A stretch of 64,000 nt of DNA from Ancylonema sp. (lineage: Eukaryota), in the NCBI GenBank assembly GCA_050230475.1, contig JBFLGF010000032.1, forward strand, positions 1 to 64,000, read 5' to 3'. The translations under genes were made by a program, and so were the position numbers. Positions 20,722 to 32,102 of the stretch are shown piece by piece. The notes beneath the pieces were generated by a model. It saw only the letters and a list, made by a program, of their open reading frames with translations. It was not told where the DNA came from and made no database searches. Numbering within the stretch: the stretch's first letter is position 1; every line of letters starts with the position of its first letter.

Positions 20722-23700
20722 TCAAATGCGTAAAAAGGCTCCCCTATAGGCTCGAGGGGCACTTGGGCTCGACAATATTGTCTCCACTTCGGACATCTCC
20801 ATGGGTTGTTCCCCCAAACTCGCCAGTCGCCCCTTTTGTTGCGCTTCGTACGATATTTGAATGTCTGACGGGAACCACCGATGGTAGACGTACTTTGCCA
20901 CCAACCGCGGACCCAGAGCGGCAACCACGATGAGGAGGAGATCCAGCCAATACCACGCCGTGTTGGCCGTGTTTCGGAGGGACCTGCAAGCACACAGACG
21001 GCGACATTGTGAGTGGATGCCCCGTTTTATCCACGAATCGAAATGGAAAAACCACTCACTGCACCTTTCACTCTTTCGTCACATTGACGCTACTACCTCC
21101 CTCGATTCAGTTCTCAAGGGTAACAAGTTGCAAAAAAGGGCGGTAATGCTTTCCACATCCCCCACAAGAACGAGCCTGCTTCAACCCTCTCATAACATAC
21201 AGTGCGATAGCGACTCTTCGCCTTCCTCTCTCCCCGTCCCACACCCACACTCATTCCCCACCAGACCCTCTACAAACGGACTCCATTTCAAATCCCCCTT
21301 ATGACGACCGAGCGATGATAAGAGCCCAACACAGGAAGCCAAATGAAGGACCGCGGTGGGACGGCAGCATTCCTAGTAGCCCCATCTCTACCCCACCCCC
21401 CCCTAACAAACCCACCCCAACCCGACCCAGCCTCTCACCCGAAATCCGGCGCCGACGAGTCTAGATCCAGAACGAGCAGCACCACGAACGTGAGCAGTAT
21501 GGAGCCCCAGGTGGTGACGTGGTGCACCCACGTCCAGTGCCGGATGTCCATTGCCAGGTGCAGACAGACGACCAGCACGATCCCAAAGATCCACACCTGC
21601 CCCACGCCGAACATGTCCCCCTCCGCCCCCGCCGACCACAGGGGCACGAAGAACACCACCAGGCTCTGCCAGATCCTGTCGACCATCATGAGCCAGAAGA
21701 GGCGGATGTTGTACGGATCCGACCGCTGCCCCGCCGCGTAGAGCGGGGGGAGGCGCAGGAGGGTGGAGGATGCCACGTCCTGCTCCAGGATGCCAACCGC
21801 GATGGTTGGGACGGAGGTGTAGCAGAGGGAGAAGAAGACGAGGCTCCAGTCGCCGATGCCCGACTGGGGCGTCCATGCCGCGTAGAAGAGGTACCAGAAG
21901 AGGAGGACGATGAAGACGGCGTTGCGGTAGAAGTTGTAGAGCACCATGGCCGCAAGACGGGTGTAGTTCCAGTGGCCGTGGACAAGGAGGAGGCGCGTCA
22001 GGAAACGGAACTGGGCGATGGCGAAGTCGGAGGCCATGACCGCCTGACGCCCCTCCTGACCGCTGATGCCCACACCAATGTCCGCCATCTGGATCATGGA
22101 CACGTCATTGGCGCCTGCAGTCCCAACCGCAAGGGGGGGGAGGGGAGGGGTGAGAGGCGGGGGGGGAGATCGGGTTTGGGTGTGGGGGATGGGGGGTTGG
22201 GGGTGGGGGAAGGGGGTGGGGGGTTGGCCCTACCGTCCCCGCTGGCGAGGCAGAGGTCGGAGGACTTGCGCTTCACGAGGGAGACGACTGCAGCCTTCTG
22301 GATGGGCGCCACGCGGCAACAGAGGACCACCTGGCAGGCGCTGGTGAGCTCGAACAGCTGGACCAGCCCAGGGGAAACAAACAGTGGGTTGGATGGGGAC
22401 GAGGTCCTGTACCCACTTCAGTTCTGGACCTCTTCTTCCATTCTTCCCTTCTTCTTTTCTTCCTTTCTTCTGTTCTCACCTCCTCCTCCATGTCTTCCTC
22501 CAGCGCATGCAGCAGCGCCCCCCCATCGATGATGCGGGCGAGGGGGGGGGGGGTGGGCGCACTGTCTTTGGACAACCCCTCAAACCTGGACAGCCTCCCC
22601 GTGTTCCTCCCCGCATCATCCTCTGCCCCAGCCGCAACCGTGACCCCCCCCGCCCCCCCACCCACGCACCCTGGGGCCATGTCCTCCCCCTTCCCCCGCA
22701 CATACTCCCACACCCTCCTCCCCCACCCCCCCCCCCCCGTCCTGCCCTTCTCCTTGGGTGCCACGTAGGCCAACCGTGCATTGCTCAAAGCGGAGGCCAC
22801 CTCTTGTTTCGTCATGGACCCGTGCCCCCCCCCCCCCCCCCCAATCACCACCTGCTGCATGCTGCGCGTCAGTAGCTGCGAGGAGAAGGCGATGGCGACG
22901 GCGGTCTCCACCTTGTCGCCCGTGAGCACCCACACGTGGATACCCGCCGCCCGCAGGGTGCTGATGGTACCTGCCACCCCCTCCGCCAGCTTGTCCTCGA
23001 TCCCCGTGCCGCCCAGGAGGCAGAGATCCCTCTCCACGCCCCCCGCGACCGACCGCACTTTTGCCGCGCGGTCGTGCATGGACGTGCTGGCAATCTCGTA
23101 CTCTTTCTGCCACTGCTCCAGTTCTGCCTCCCCCAGGTCCCTTTCTGCCAGGACCAGGGTGCGCAGACCCTCCCTGGCGTACATGTCCAGGTCCCTCAGA
23201 GTGCCCTCCTTCACGGCCTCCTCCTCCTGCCACCTGGCGGCATCTGGGCCTCCTGCTTTCTGGGAGCGTAGGAGGTCCATCATCACGGAATCCGCCCCCT
23301 TCACCAGCACCTTCACCTTGCCGTCCGGGAAGCGGACGACCACGGACATGCGTTTCCGGACGCTGTCGAACTCGTGCGTCCCCAACAGCGTGTACTTGTG
23401 CGGCGTGGGGTCGTTGAGGGTGGTGATCACGAGCTGGGTTTGGGATCGTTGTATCAGGGTGGTACCGTACGCGGCAGCAGCAGTAACCAGCGCCTGTTCG
23501 TCCGGACTCTCCCCCTGGTACTCCACCCACCCACCCCCGCCCCCACCCCCACCCTCCCCACCCTCCCCACCCTCCCTGCCCGCTTCTCGGGAGCGGGTGC
23601 GGGTGGGGATGACTGTGTTGCACGCCGCCAGGGTGAGCATGAAGAGGTGGATCCGCTCCGTCTGAGCTGGCGGTGCGCTGTCCGCCAGGTGGCCGTTTCC

Positions 23701-25723
23701 GGACTGGATGCTGAGCTGGCGCTGCACGGGCGCCTGAAGGGCTCGCACCAGACCCGGGTCGACTCGCGCACCTGCTTTGGGGCGCCACAAGAGGTCAAGG
23801 CTCGGGGGATGGACTGAGGGGGGGAGGGGGGTGGGGGGACAAAGGATCAACTTCAGGATCAGCTCCAATGTTCTATATCATCTGGTTCACTATGCTGGTT
23901 GAAAGACCCTGACAACCGTGCCCAGAACCGCACCCGTACCCGCATCCCCGTCCACACTAACCGTCTTCTTGCCCTCCCCGAGGTTGCTCGGGTGTTGGGC
24001 CACCCTCCGTATCCATCCCCGGGGGGGGTGGGCCCTCCTCGCCCCCCCCCCCCCCCGGCACAATGCTCTGTTCACTGTAGTCGCACCCGCCGATCGAGCA
24101 TGCGTGGAACTCCATACGGTTCTCCGTCAGAGTCCCCGTTTTGTCGGAGAAGACGTACTTGATCTGCCCCAGGTCCTCGTTGATGTTCAGCGCACGGACC
24201 TGCAGGGGGGTGTCCGACTTGTCGCAGTACATGGCAATGTCTTTCAGCATGAAGTAGCTCTGCCCGAGGCGGACCAGCTCCATGCTGATGTACAGCGAAA
24301 TGGGGACCAGGATCTGGTAGCGGATGAGGCAACTGAACCAGTTGAGCGCCGCCTCCCCCCCGCTCCCGTGGAAATCGTTAGTGCCCCCGTAGTACGGGAG
24401 GACCAGGATGTTCCGAGCCCCCAGCCAGGCCCCCAACCCCACCGCCCCGATGACACACAGGGCCACGAGCAGCGCCCCCAGGATGAGGGTTTCCCGATTC
24501 AGGTGCTTCTCTAACCGGCTCCGTTTGGACTGCGCCCCGGAGTTGTTGAGCTGGGCCTTGGTCTCCTTCCCCGCGTACACCACCACCCCTACCACCCACT
24601 CCGTGTTGCGCAGGTCCGACCCCCGGAGGAGCATGTTGTAGGGGCCCAGGGGTACCCGCTGCCCGTCCACCGCCATGACCCCCGTGAAGTCGTAGATGCT
24701 CTGGTTCGGGTCCTCGCAGGTCAGCGTCCCCACGACCCGCCCCGTTTCGGGCCCCGTCTCGGCCGTCTGCGCCAGCGCCTGCCGCGATTTGAGGCTGGAC
24801 TCCCCGTCCAGGTTCATTGTCTCGATGTACGCCTTGCCGCCCTCCTCGGAAGAGCCCAGCAGCACGAGGTCGCAGGGGATGGTGGCGCCGGAATGGATTT
24901 TGAGCACGTCTCCGACCCGGATCTCCATCCACTTCATGCTCTGGTACGCCCCGTAGGGGCCCAGGACCAGGCAGTGCTTGTTGGTCTCCACCTTGTCCGC
25001 TTTGTGGCGGCCCCAGTCCTCATACCCGTCCTTGAGGGCGGTTACCAGGAGCACGACGACGAGGGGGAAGATGGAGGCGGTGCGGCCGAAAACGGCGAGC
25101 ACGGGTATCTGGTTCAGGACGGCGATCGCCAGGAAGTAGATGTAGGCGACTCGATGGAACTGCTCGAACAGATTCCGGGGAATGAAGGTGAACAGAGTGT
25201 ACTTGCTCGTACGGACCTTGTTTCCTGCAAAAAACTGTCCCTCGCACGTGCGCTCCGCCTGGCCAACATGCACCACACGTTCGCCTTGGCTGTCCCTGCT
25301 CTTGTCCCCCCCCCGTCCTTGACTCGGTCTCCCAGAACCCCGGTTCCAGCTCGAGTATTTCCGTAACTGCCGTCCAATCTTCCGCCGCACGCCTTGCTGA
25401 CTGATACTTGGTATCCTTCCGAAAGACTGCTGGCGCTCACTATCATGCACTGCATCATGTCGCGAACCCCATAGTGTCTTCCTCTCGGGAGCATCCCCCC
25501 CGGGCTGCGCTTCGACCCCCCCCGCTAAGTCATCAAGAGTCCTCACGGGGGGCAATGCAGAGCCTCCACTTGCACCTTCACGCAGCAGCAGCTGCATTGG
25601 CAGCCGTGGGGATGGCGTGGGGGAGTTTACGTTGTCGCCAATAGCCTCAATTTGAGCCGGACCAAAATTGTCAGTCCCTCCCCTCACTGGTTGCAGATTG
25701 TCCATGTTCGAGATATGCAACAT
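20722..25723 (-). CDS. P4-type ATPase (aminophospholipid flippase), ALA1-like; exons 25723-23962, 23813-22480, 22357-22234, 22114-21439, 20983-20722
   Basis: GNKVRTSKYT..FEQFHRVAYIYFL, ETMNLDGES, PISLY, FSDKTGTLT (phosphorylation site), YQGESPDEQAL, EFDSVRKRMSV, LTGDKVETA, CCRVAPIQKA, GDGANDVSMIQ, GISGQEGRQA, then TM helices. All four introns are GT-AG with consistent phases. Confidence 0.95.
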
Positions 25724-26940
25724 TATTGCTTCGATACGCGACTTTCGGTTATCTGTACTGATAGTGGCTACGGAAAAGGTGCCTGGAGTATCGAAACGTT
25801 TTCAAAGAGGAAATTATAGAATGGGTCGCAAAGCGAGATAGGCGCAGCATGTAGTTCACCAGGCCACGAGATCCCCCTGCGAATCCGACCACAACTTCTT
25901 CCTGCCTCACCGACACATCATCTATACCACCACCTCCCCTTCGGTCGTACCCCACAGGACATGACTTCTGGTTATCTCACACAGGTGGCATACGCTGATG
26001 CGCGCGATGCGTCTAGGCGGCCATGGGTCGGGAGTGGTCGTCGGTGCAGATAGGACTTACTTATGCTCCGAACGAGCGGCGGAGAAGACCGAAGTTTCGC
26101 AAGTAGTTGTCAATTTTGCGCACTCAACCAACGTCGTCATTGGCCCTCTAGTGGCAAGCAGTTTGTCGGTTTGCATGCCAGTGAGACACGAATCGACCGC
26201 CGATTGGCCACGGAGGGACACGCTGGCGTTCTCAACGTCCTAGCAGTAAAACCTCCATGATCTGATACCGGCAACCCGGCCAAATTTAGTTTCACGGAAA
26301 TTAATAAAGCTCCAAGCTTCTCTGTTGCATTTTTAGGCCCTAAATTCTAGGCGGTAATGAATAAGTTTAAAACTTACTACGGATAAACCTTACAGATGTT
26401 GATAATTCATGAGGTACATTTTTTTTGGTCAATAACTAACACTGATCAAAATGGTCGAGTTTAAAAATGAAAAACAGAAATTTTATAGACATATCAACAA
26501 ACGGATTGCTTACATAAAACATCCCAAACAACTTAATCGTTGTTTTTTTGGCATGGGTACGAGACACCAACCAAGTTGACATTGATCGAGTGGTCAATGG
26601 TCGTAGACTAGCCATTAGATGTAACAAAAGCTCATACAGTAATCATAATTTTGTTGCGAGGGCGACCTAAGTGGAAAAGTAACTCGTATGAGATGGCTTG
26701 TTTTGCATTAAGCAATTCAAAGGAAATCTCTACACCTCAACGGATCCCCAAAAACATACGGGAACAAATAATGTGGCATTGCGTTAAATGATTCGCCATT
26801 GATAATAAATATTTAAGCACCAGGAAACTGTACTGTAAATATTATACTATATTATAAAAATAGTATGAATATACTTATGTATATAAATGTTTTGAAAGGG
26901 GATATGCTATGACAAGAGTTTTTCCACAGTGTACTTGTAG

Positions 26941-27869
26941 CTGGGTTGCACAATACGCACAATACGCTGAGTTATCATACGCTAAATATGCGTATAAGAA
27001 ATATGCTTAAAAATAGGCTATATTTTGAAACATATTTTGATTTTCGGTACGAAATTGCAGGTACGAAATTTGTGACAGAGGTAAACAACGTTGCGAGGGC
27101 CTGTGCGAGCTGCCAAACTGGTGTACGTCTTCGCCAACTTGCGGATCCTACAGAAAGTCTCTTCCGTGGAGTACGAACAAGCATTTCCCACGTGGCCCGA
27201 AAGTGACAATGAATAGTCTCAAGATGATGCGTGGAGAGCTACTTATGATGTATGCTCTTTGAGGCATATTATTTTATTTTTTACAACCTTGGTCGAGCGG
27301 TAGGCTTCGTAAAGTGTTTACGAAAAACATGGAGTAGATATGGGAGTGAGATTCATGTAAATATTATTGTGAATTATTGTGTCGAGGATTGAAGTTTTAC
27401 ATTTGTTGTTAGATTCCAGCATTCCATTTTTTTAACAACCTTACTCAAGTAGATTCGGAAGCCGGAATATAGTTTGTTTTAAAACTGGTTGGAAGCGGAA
27501 TTAAAGTGAAGATTGACGACGTGTGCAAATGAAATCATGGAAAGAGAAGAGAAGATGAGAGGAGTGAGTCTATTAACGGATTTTGTGTTCTCACACCAAC
27601 AAATTAAATGAAATTATTGCACATATAGTGCTAGAACATGCGCCTCTCATGTATCTCATGGATAAATGCCTCCATTCGAAGGCCAATTTGATTGAGGTTG
27701 GGCACCCGATGTGACCATCGTACTCCCGGATGTCTATGGGGTATAAAACCGTGAAAAAACGCATATTTGTTGACGCGTATTTTCAAATCCCGAAAATTTT
27801 CAATACGCAAAATACGACGTATTGTGACCTCAGCGTATTGATAGCGTATTGCGTTATTGTGCAACCCAG
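26941..27869. mobile_element. Non-autonomous hAT-like element
   Basis: 15-bp TIR CTGGGTTGCACAATA / TATTGTGCAACCCAG, subterminal CAATACGC repeats; flanks ACTTGTAG / ATTTGTTG match 6 of 8 (degenerate TSD). Confidence 0.75.
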
Positions 27870-28049
27870 ATTTGTTGGGCCAAAATCAATAACTAGGCCA
27901 TATAAATATGATCTTGGGGCCTAGAAATGGAGGATTCTATTTTTAGACCTAAATATTGCGGCTATTGCGGCCAGTTTGGGAATATTTTTTTGACCTTCCG
28001 CATCAACACACTTTTTTGTACGATTCGCTTCTCCGGTGTGACAACCTCG

Positions 28050-28330
28050 GTAGCAGCTAGTGCGAGAATCCGTTATGCCATTGGGGCCGGCGCGGGGCAG
28101 TGGTTGCATGCTATTCCGATTTTACCCTCCCTCCAAATTTGCCCCGACCATTATATCATGCCTTGCATCTTCGGCTTGGCCTCCCCCACCCTTATCCTTA
28201 TTGGATAAGATGCATCCGCATATGGCCTTGGATACTCTAGGCACCCACGTGATGCGATGCCCCCGTGGAGGAGAACGTGACGTGTGGTTGAAGTCGGCCG
28301 CCCATCTGGTAGTGCTACGTGTGGTAGCTC
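28050..28330 (+). mobile_element. Degenerate non-LTR retrotransposon fragment (post-RT zinc-knuckle region, RLE/CRE-like)
   Basis: ARIRYAIGAGAGQWLHAIP..PSLQI, frameshift, then LDTLGTHVMRCPRGGER, resembling the AG.WL.A.P ... D..G.H...C..GG.R pattern. Confidence 0.6.
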
Positions 28331-28797
28331 AGTTACCCTAGAATGTGCGAAACTTTGATTTGTATCAATTGCCCCCCTAGGAGTTTTTAAATTTCTGGTT
28401 TTCTTCGTTGTACTTAGATGGGGTTCACATCGTGGTTATTTTATGAGGGTTTATGAGGGTATTTTAAAAGAGGGTCATAAATTCACAGGTCTCATCCGTA
28501 GGAGCCCGGAGCTCTTTGAGCCCGAAAATCGCGGCGGACAAAATGAGGATCATGGGCTCGGAGCTTGCGGGCTCGCAGGCTCGCCGATGGTCGGGGCCCG
28601 ATCACCAAACCGATGTTCGTTTACCGGCAACCGAGAGACAGACCGAGAACAACTCGGACGAAATAACTCGTGACAGCTGTCAGTAGAGAAAGGTGGTTTC
28701 CACGGTAGCTCGAACGGCGGTTCCCGGGATTTGTCGACGCCTACAAGCTTTTGGGCAAACTTGTTGGAGCTTCTTGTCCGGAAATGGCGAAGAAAGG

Positions 28798-30670
28798 ATG
28801 ATGAAGTACGGAGCTACCAATGGAGCAAGCGCACTGACATTAAGACGTAATGGAGTATGTGTGGACGTGCGAATCTGGGACTTATTAGAAGTGGTTGCTG
28901 GATAATTCTGGGCACGTTCTGACCATATTTGGGAAGACAGGGAGTGCACCGACTGCCTTGGGCTGCAGTCTCTGCACGGTGCACATTTTGAATGAAGAAT
29001 TATCTTGCAGAGGACAAATGGATACCTGGCGGCGTCCTGAACCCCCATTTTCCCTGCTGCTTGACATTCAAAGTGAGCACCTGCATTTCGATGCTTTACG
29101 TCTGTTGCAGTCAAGCCCTCGGCTTGCGCATGTGTTTTATGACTCCCCTGTCTTCACGACTAGAAATGCCGTTAGTACGTTTCACTCGCTATTTGGAACA
29201 GTTCAAAAATCGTACTAGCACGGTAGGATGGAATTGGCTACATGAACACCCACCCTTGGTTCCTGATGCAGGGCCAAAGGACTTGACGGGGGCGGGTAAT
29301 CTGATAAAGCATTTTGGGCTGAAGGGGCTGGAGGAGGAGCTGACAGAGTATAAGGTAGCGGCCCTCACGGAAGATTCGGGGTACCTTCGCAGGGTATTGG
29401 GTTCGACAGAAATAAGACGAGGCCCAGGAATGGAGCTTGGGCCTTTACTCCAATCAGATAATGCCTCTCTTATGACTGCTAAAAAAATCGTTCCTCTAGA
29501 CCTCGATACGCTTCGGGCTGCGTTCACATTGCGGGACTGCGGAGAAACATCGCTTCCACAGGTAAGCTTGACTAGAGCGTCTTGAACCCTACTTCTGCTC
29601 TCATTTTCTCTTTCTACATTCTGGCCGTCCCGAGTAGAGCCACCCCGCGTTCTATCAAGAGAGGGTTTTTTTAAGGTCTGGAAAGGCTTAGGGGGGTAGG
29701 GCCTAGTGAAGGACTGCCTGAGTCTCCACTGAAGCCAGGGGGCTTCAACATCAGATAAACAAACGGAGATAATGTGGAAGAAGATTGTGTGATTCAGTTC
29801 CGGGGTGGCATAGGAATACCACCTGCCTGTCAAACCACCAGCCAGCTTTATGCCTCTGAGAGTAGTCGCACACCTCCTGACGCCTACAGTGCTAACGCCA
29901 GAAGGCTCACCCTCGGTGTATGCGTGGCACTGTTCTAGTATGAGGTTCATCATTTCTGGTGCGGAGTGTGTGGTGCAGAGTGAACGAGGAGAGGCGACGG
30001 CGGGGAGGGGAGAGCAGGAGGGGGGACGGGAGGTGGAGGGCGGAAACAAGGAGAGGAAATCGAAGGAGGGGCGGAAGGAGAAGGCAAGGAGGAGAGGGGG
30101 AGAAGGGGAGGGAGGCGGCTCGGAGGCAGGGGAGCAGAATGGGGACCGGGGATCGAAAAAACACAAAAAAAAGGTAACGTTGGGTGGGAACACAGGTCAG
30201 ACATGAGTTGTGGTGTACCACTTCCTGGTAGCAGGAGGGGAATCCGCAGGGGAGGGAGGAGGTGTGTCGAGTGATGGGAGGGACTTGTGATCTCCACTTC
30301 CATCTTCCCCCTTGTATAGTTCTAGAAAAGGGAGGACGCTCAAGCGAGGGTCTCTGATTGGTTGTGGTGACGTCACTGATCATGGGGTCGCAGAAGAGGC
30401 GGCGGGTGGGGGAGGAGGAGGAGAAGAAGAAGCACAAAAAGAAGGTGCGGTGATGGCTGTTGGACAGTTAGGATTCAGGATCTACACCTGGAGTGTCCAG
30501 GAAATGGAGTCCTATTCTGGAATTCATACCTAGATCCGTTTCCGTTGTCTGCAAGTACTCAGGGAAGGGCCGTTTTTGAGAGGGGGGGGTGCGGTTTGAT
30601 GGTCATGGTGCAGCGAACACATTCGAGTAAAAGCGAGGGGGCTCAGGATGCAGCTCCCAATGGCGTTTGA
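28798..30670 (+). CDS. MED19: Mediator subunit 19 (plant type); exons 29272-29561, 29979-30173, 30394-30444, 30614-30670; first exon near 28798 uncertain
   Basis: GPKDLTGAGNLIKHFGL..DSGYLRRVLGSTEIRRGPGMELGPLL..IVPLDLDTLRAAFTL..LPQ|SERG matches the plant MED19 core, followed by a Lys-rich tail (KKHKKK) across GT-AG introns. Confidence 0.85.
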
Positions 30671-32102
30671 GTGCTGGGGAGAGGGTCGGAACGTGGGAGG
30701 TATGTGGAGGGTGTGTCGGGTTTGCATTGCATGCCTCGTTTGGATGCAATGCACCATTGGTGAGGCCGTGATTGAATTGGCAACGATGTAGCCACCTCTA
30801 CTGGTGAATCAGGAGTCGGTTTCGGAGGAGCAGAGAGCAGATGGATCGAACTACTTGTGTTGAAACGTTCCTTGTCAAAGTGGGGGGGGGGGATGGTGTT
30901 TTGAAGACCAGGGCTAAACAGGTGTACATTTTGTCTGCGGTGGGAGCAGGCTGCAAAGGAAGAGAGGCCAACAATCGCGATGTTGTTTTGTAACATAGTG
31001 GCCAACGCGCCAAAATGTGTTCATTCGGTTACGTGGATATGGGGTTTGGCCTTCACAACGAATGGTTCTAAGTTGAGCTAATAGGTGCAAAGCGGATAAT
31101 CGGATGTATTATACAATGCAATACTCAAATAGGGCTTAACAAATAATGAGTGACGCAGTAGTCCATGACTGGCTTGCAATCGTGTTTGCTTGAGCCACAA
31201 TAAGCATGTACACAATCATCTTGCCACTATGTGTTCATGATGTATACAAACTCGAACAGTTTCTCCCCCCATTTTCTTTTTGTTTTTTTTACAAATTTTA
31301 TTTTAACAATATGGTGGGTGATCCATTATGCCCTATTTAGGTTAAGTTGTGTTACCATGTTGTGGAACAAGATTCCTTTGGTTGCCAAAAGTGGCCTCCG
31401 GAAGCGCTCTGCTCGATTGATCACAATGTGTAACACGGTTCTCGCGCACTTTCCATTAAGTTTGCTCTACACGTGGCTCACATGGGATCACGGGTGTGTT
31501 GCTACTCAAACGATCACAAGTTGATTGACAATCACTTTTCGCGGAATGTGAGGTTGTCTAGGTTGTCTAGGTGCAGGATATTAAATACGCACCTTCTACC
31601 CAACAATGCTGAACAATGTTTATCAACTTTCTTATTGACGTGATCAACAGAGCAACCAAATTAGGTCCTAATAATGAACACGACCTCATATGGGGTCCGC
31701 CACCAGGGGTAAAACTATCGCAATTTCCAGATCAATATGTCTTGTTGCTCAATGCTAATCATATCCTCCCTAAACGGAAGTACATGCTGGAGTGTACCAT
31801 GCAACAAGACTTTGCTCCCTACGCAGAGAAGAGCACACCCATTTAATCAAAGGTAGGCAAAATGTGGCACACCCCTCGAGGTCCCTATCTCCTCTCCCCG
31901 CTTTTCGACTTCTCAAATCCCGATACTGAATTGCGAGCTGGATCGAAGTCGGAGGTGAAGGAGCTCACGGGCTCACAACTCCGCGGGCCATCATTGCTTC
32001 ATGATGTCGATAAGATTTTCAAGTTCCGCGGCAGATGAGTCTCTCACTATTGCACATGTGATGTTGTATGCCCCAAAAAACTCCCATGAATGTACATGAA
32101 CA

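Noticed and set aside
21343..25494. Many long overlapping ORFs on both strands
   Set aside because: Shadow frames of the GC-rich P4-ATPase exons; no independent motifs.
31800..32102. SECIS element to explain the RRM in-frame TGA as selenocysteine
   Set aside because: A hairpin (CGACTTC/GAAGTCG) exists, but I could not find a canonical AUGA..AA..GA arrangement by eye, and the aligned residue in homologs is not Cys.
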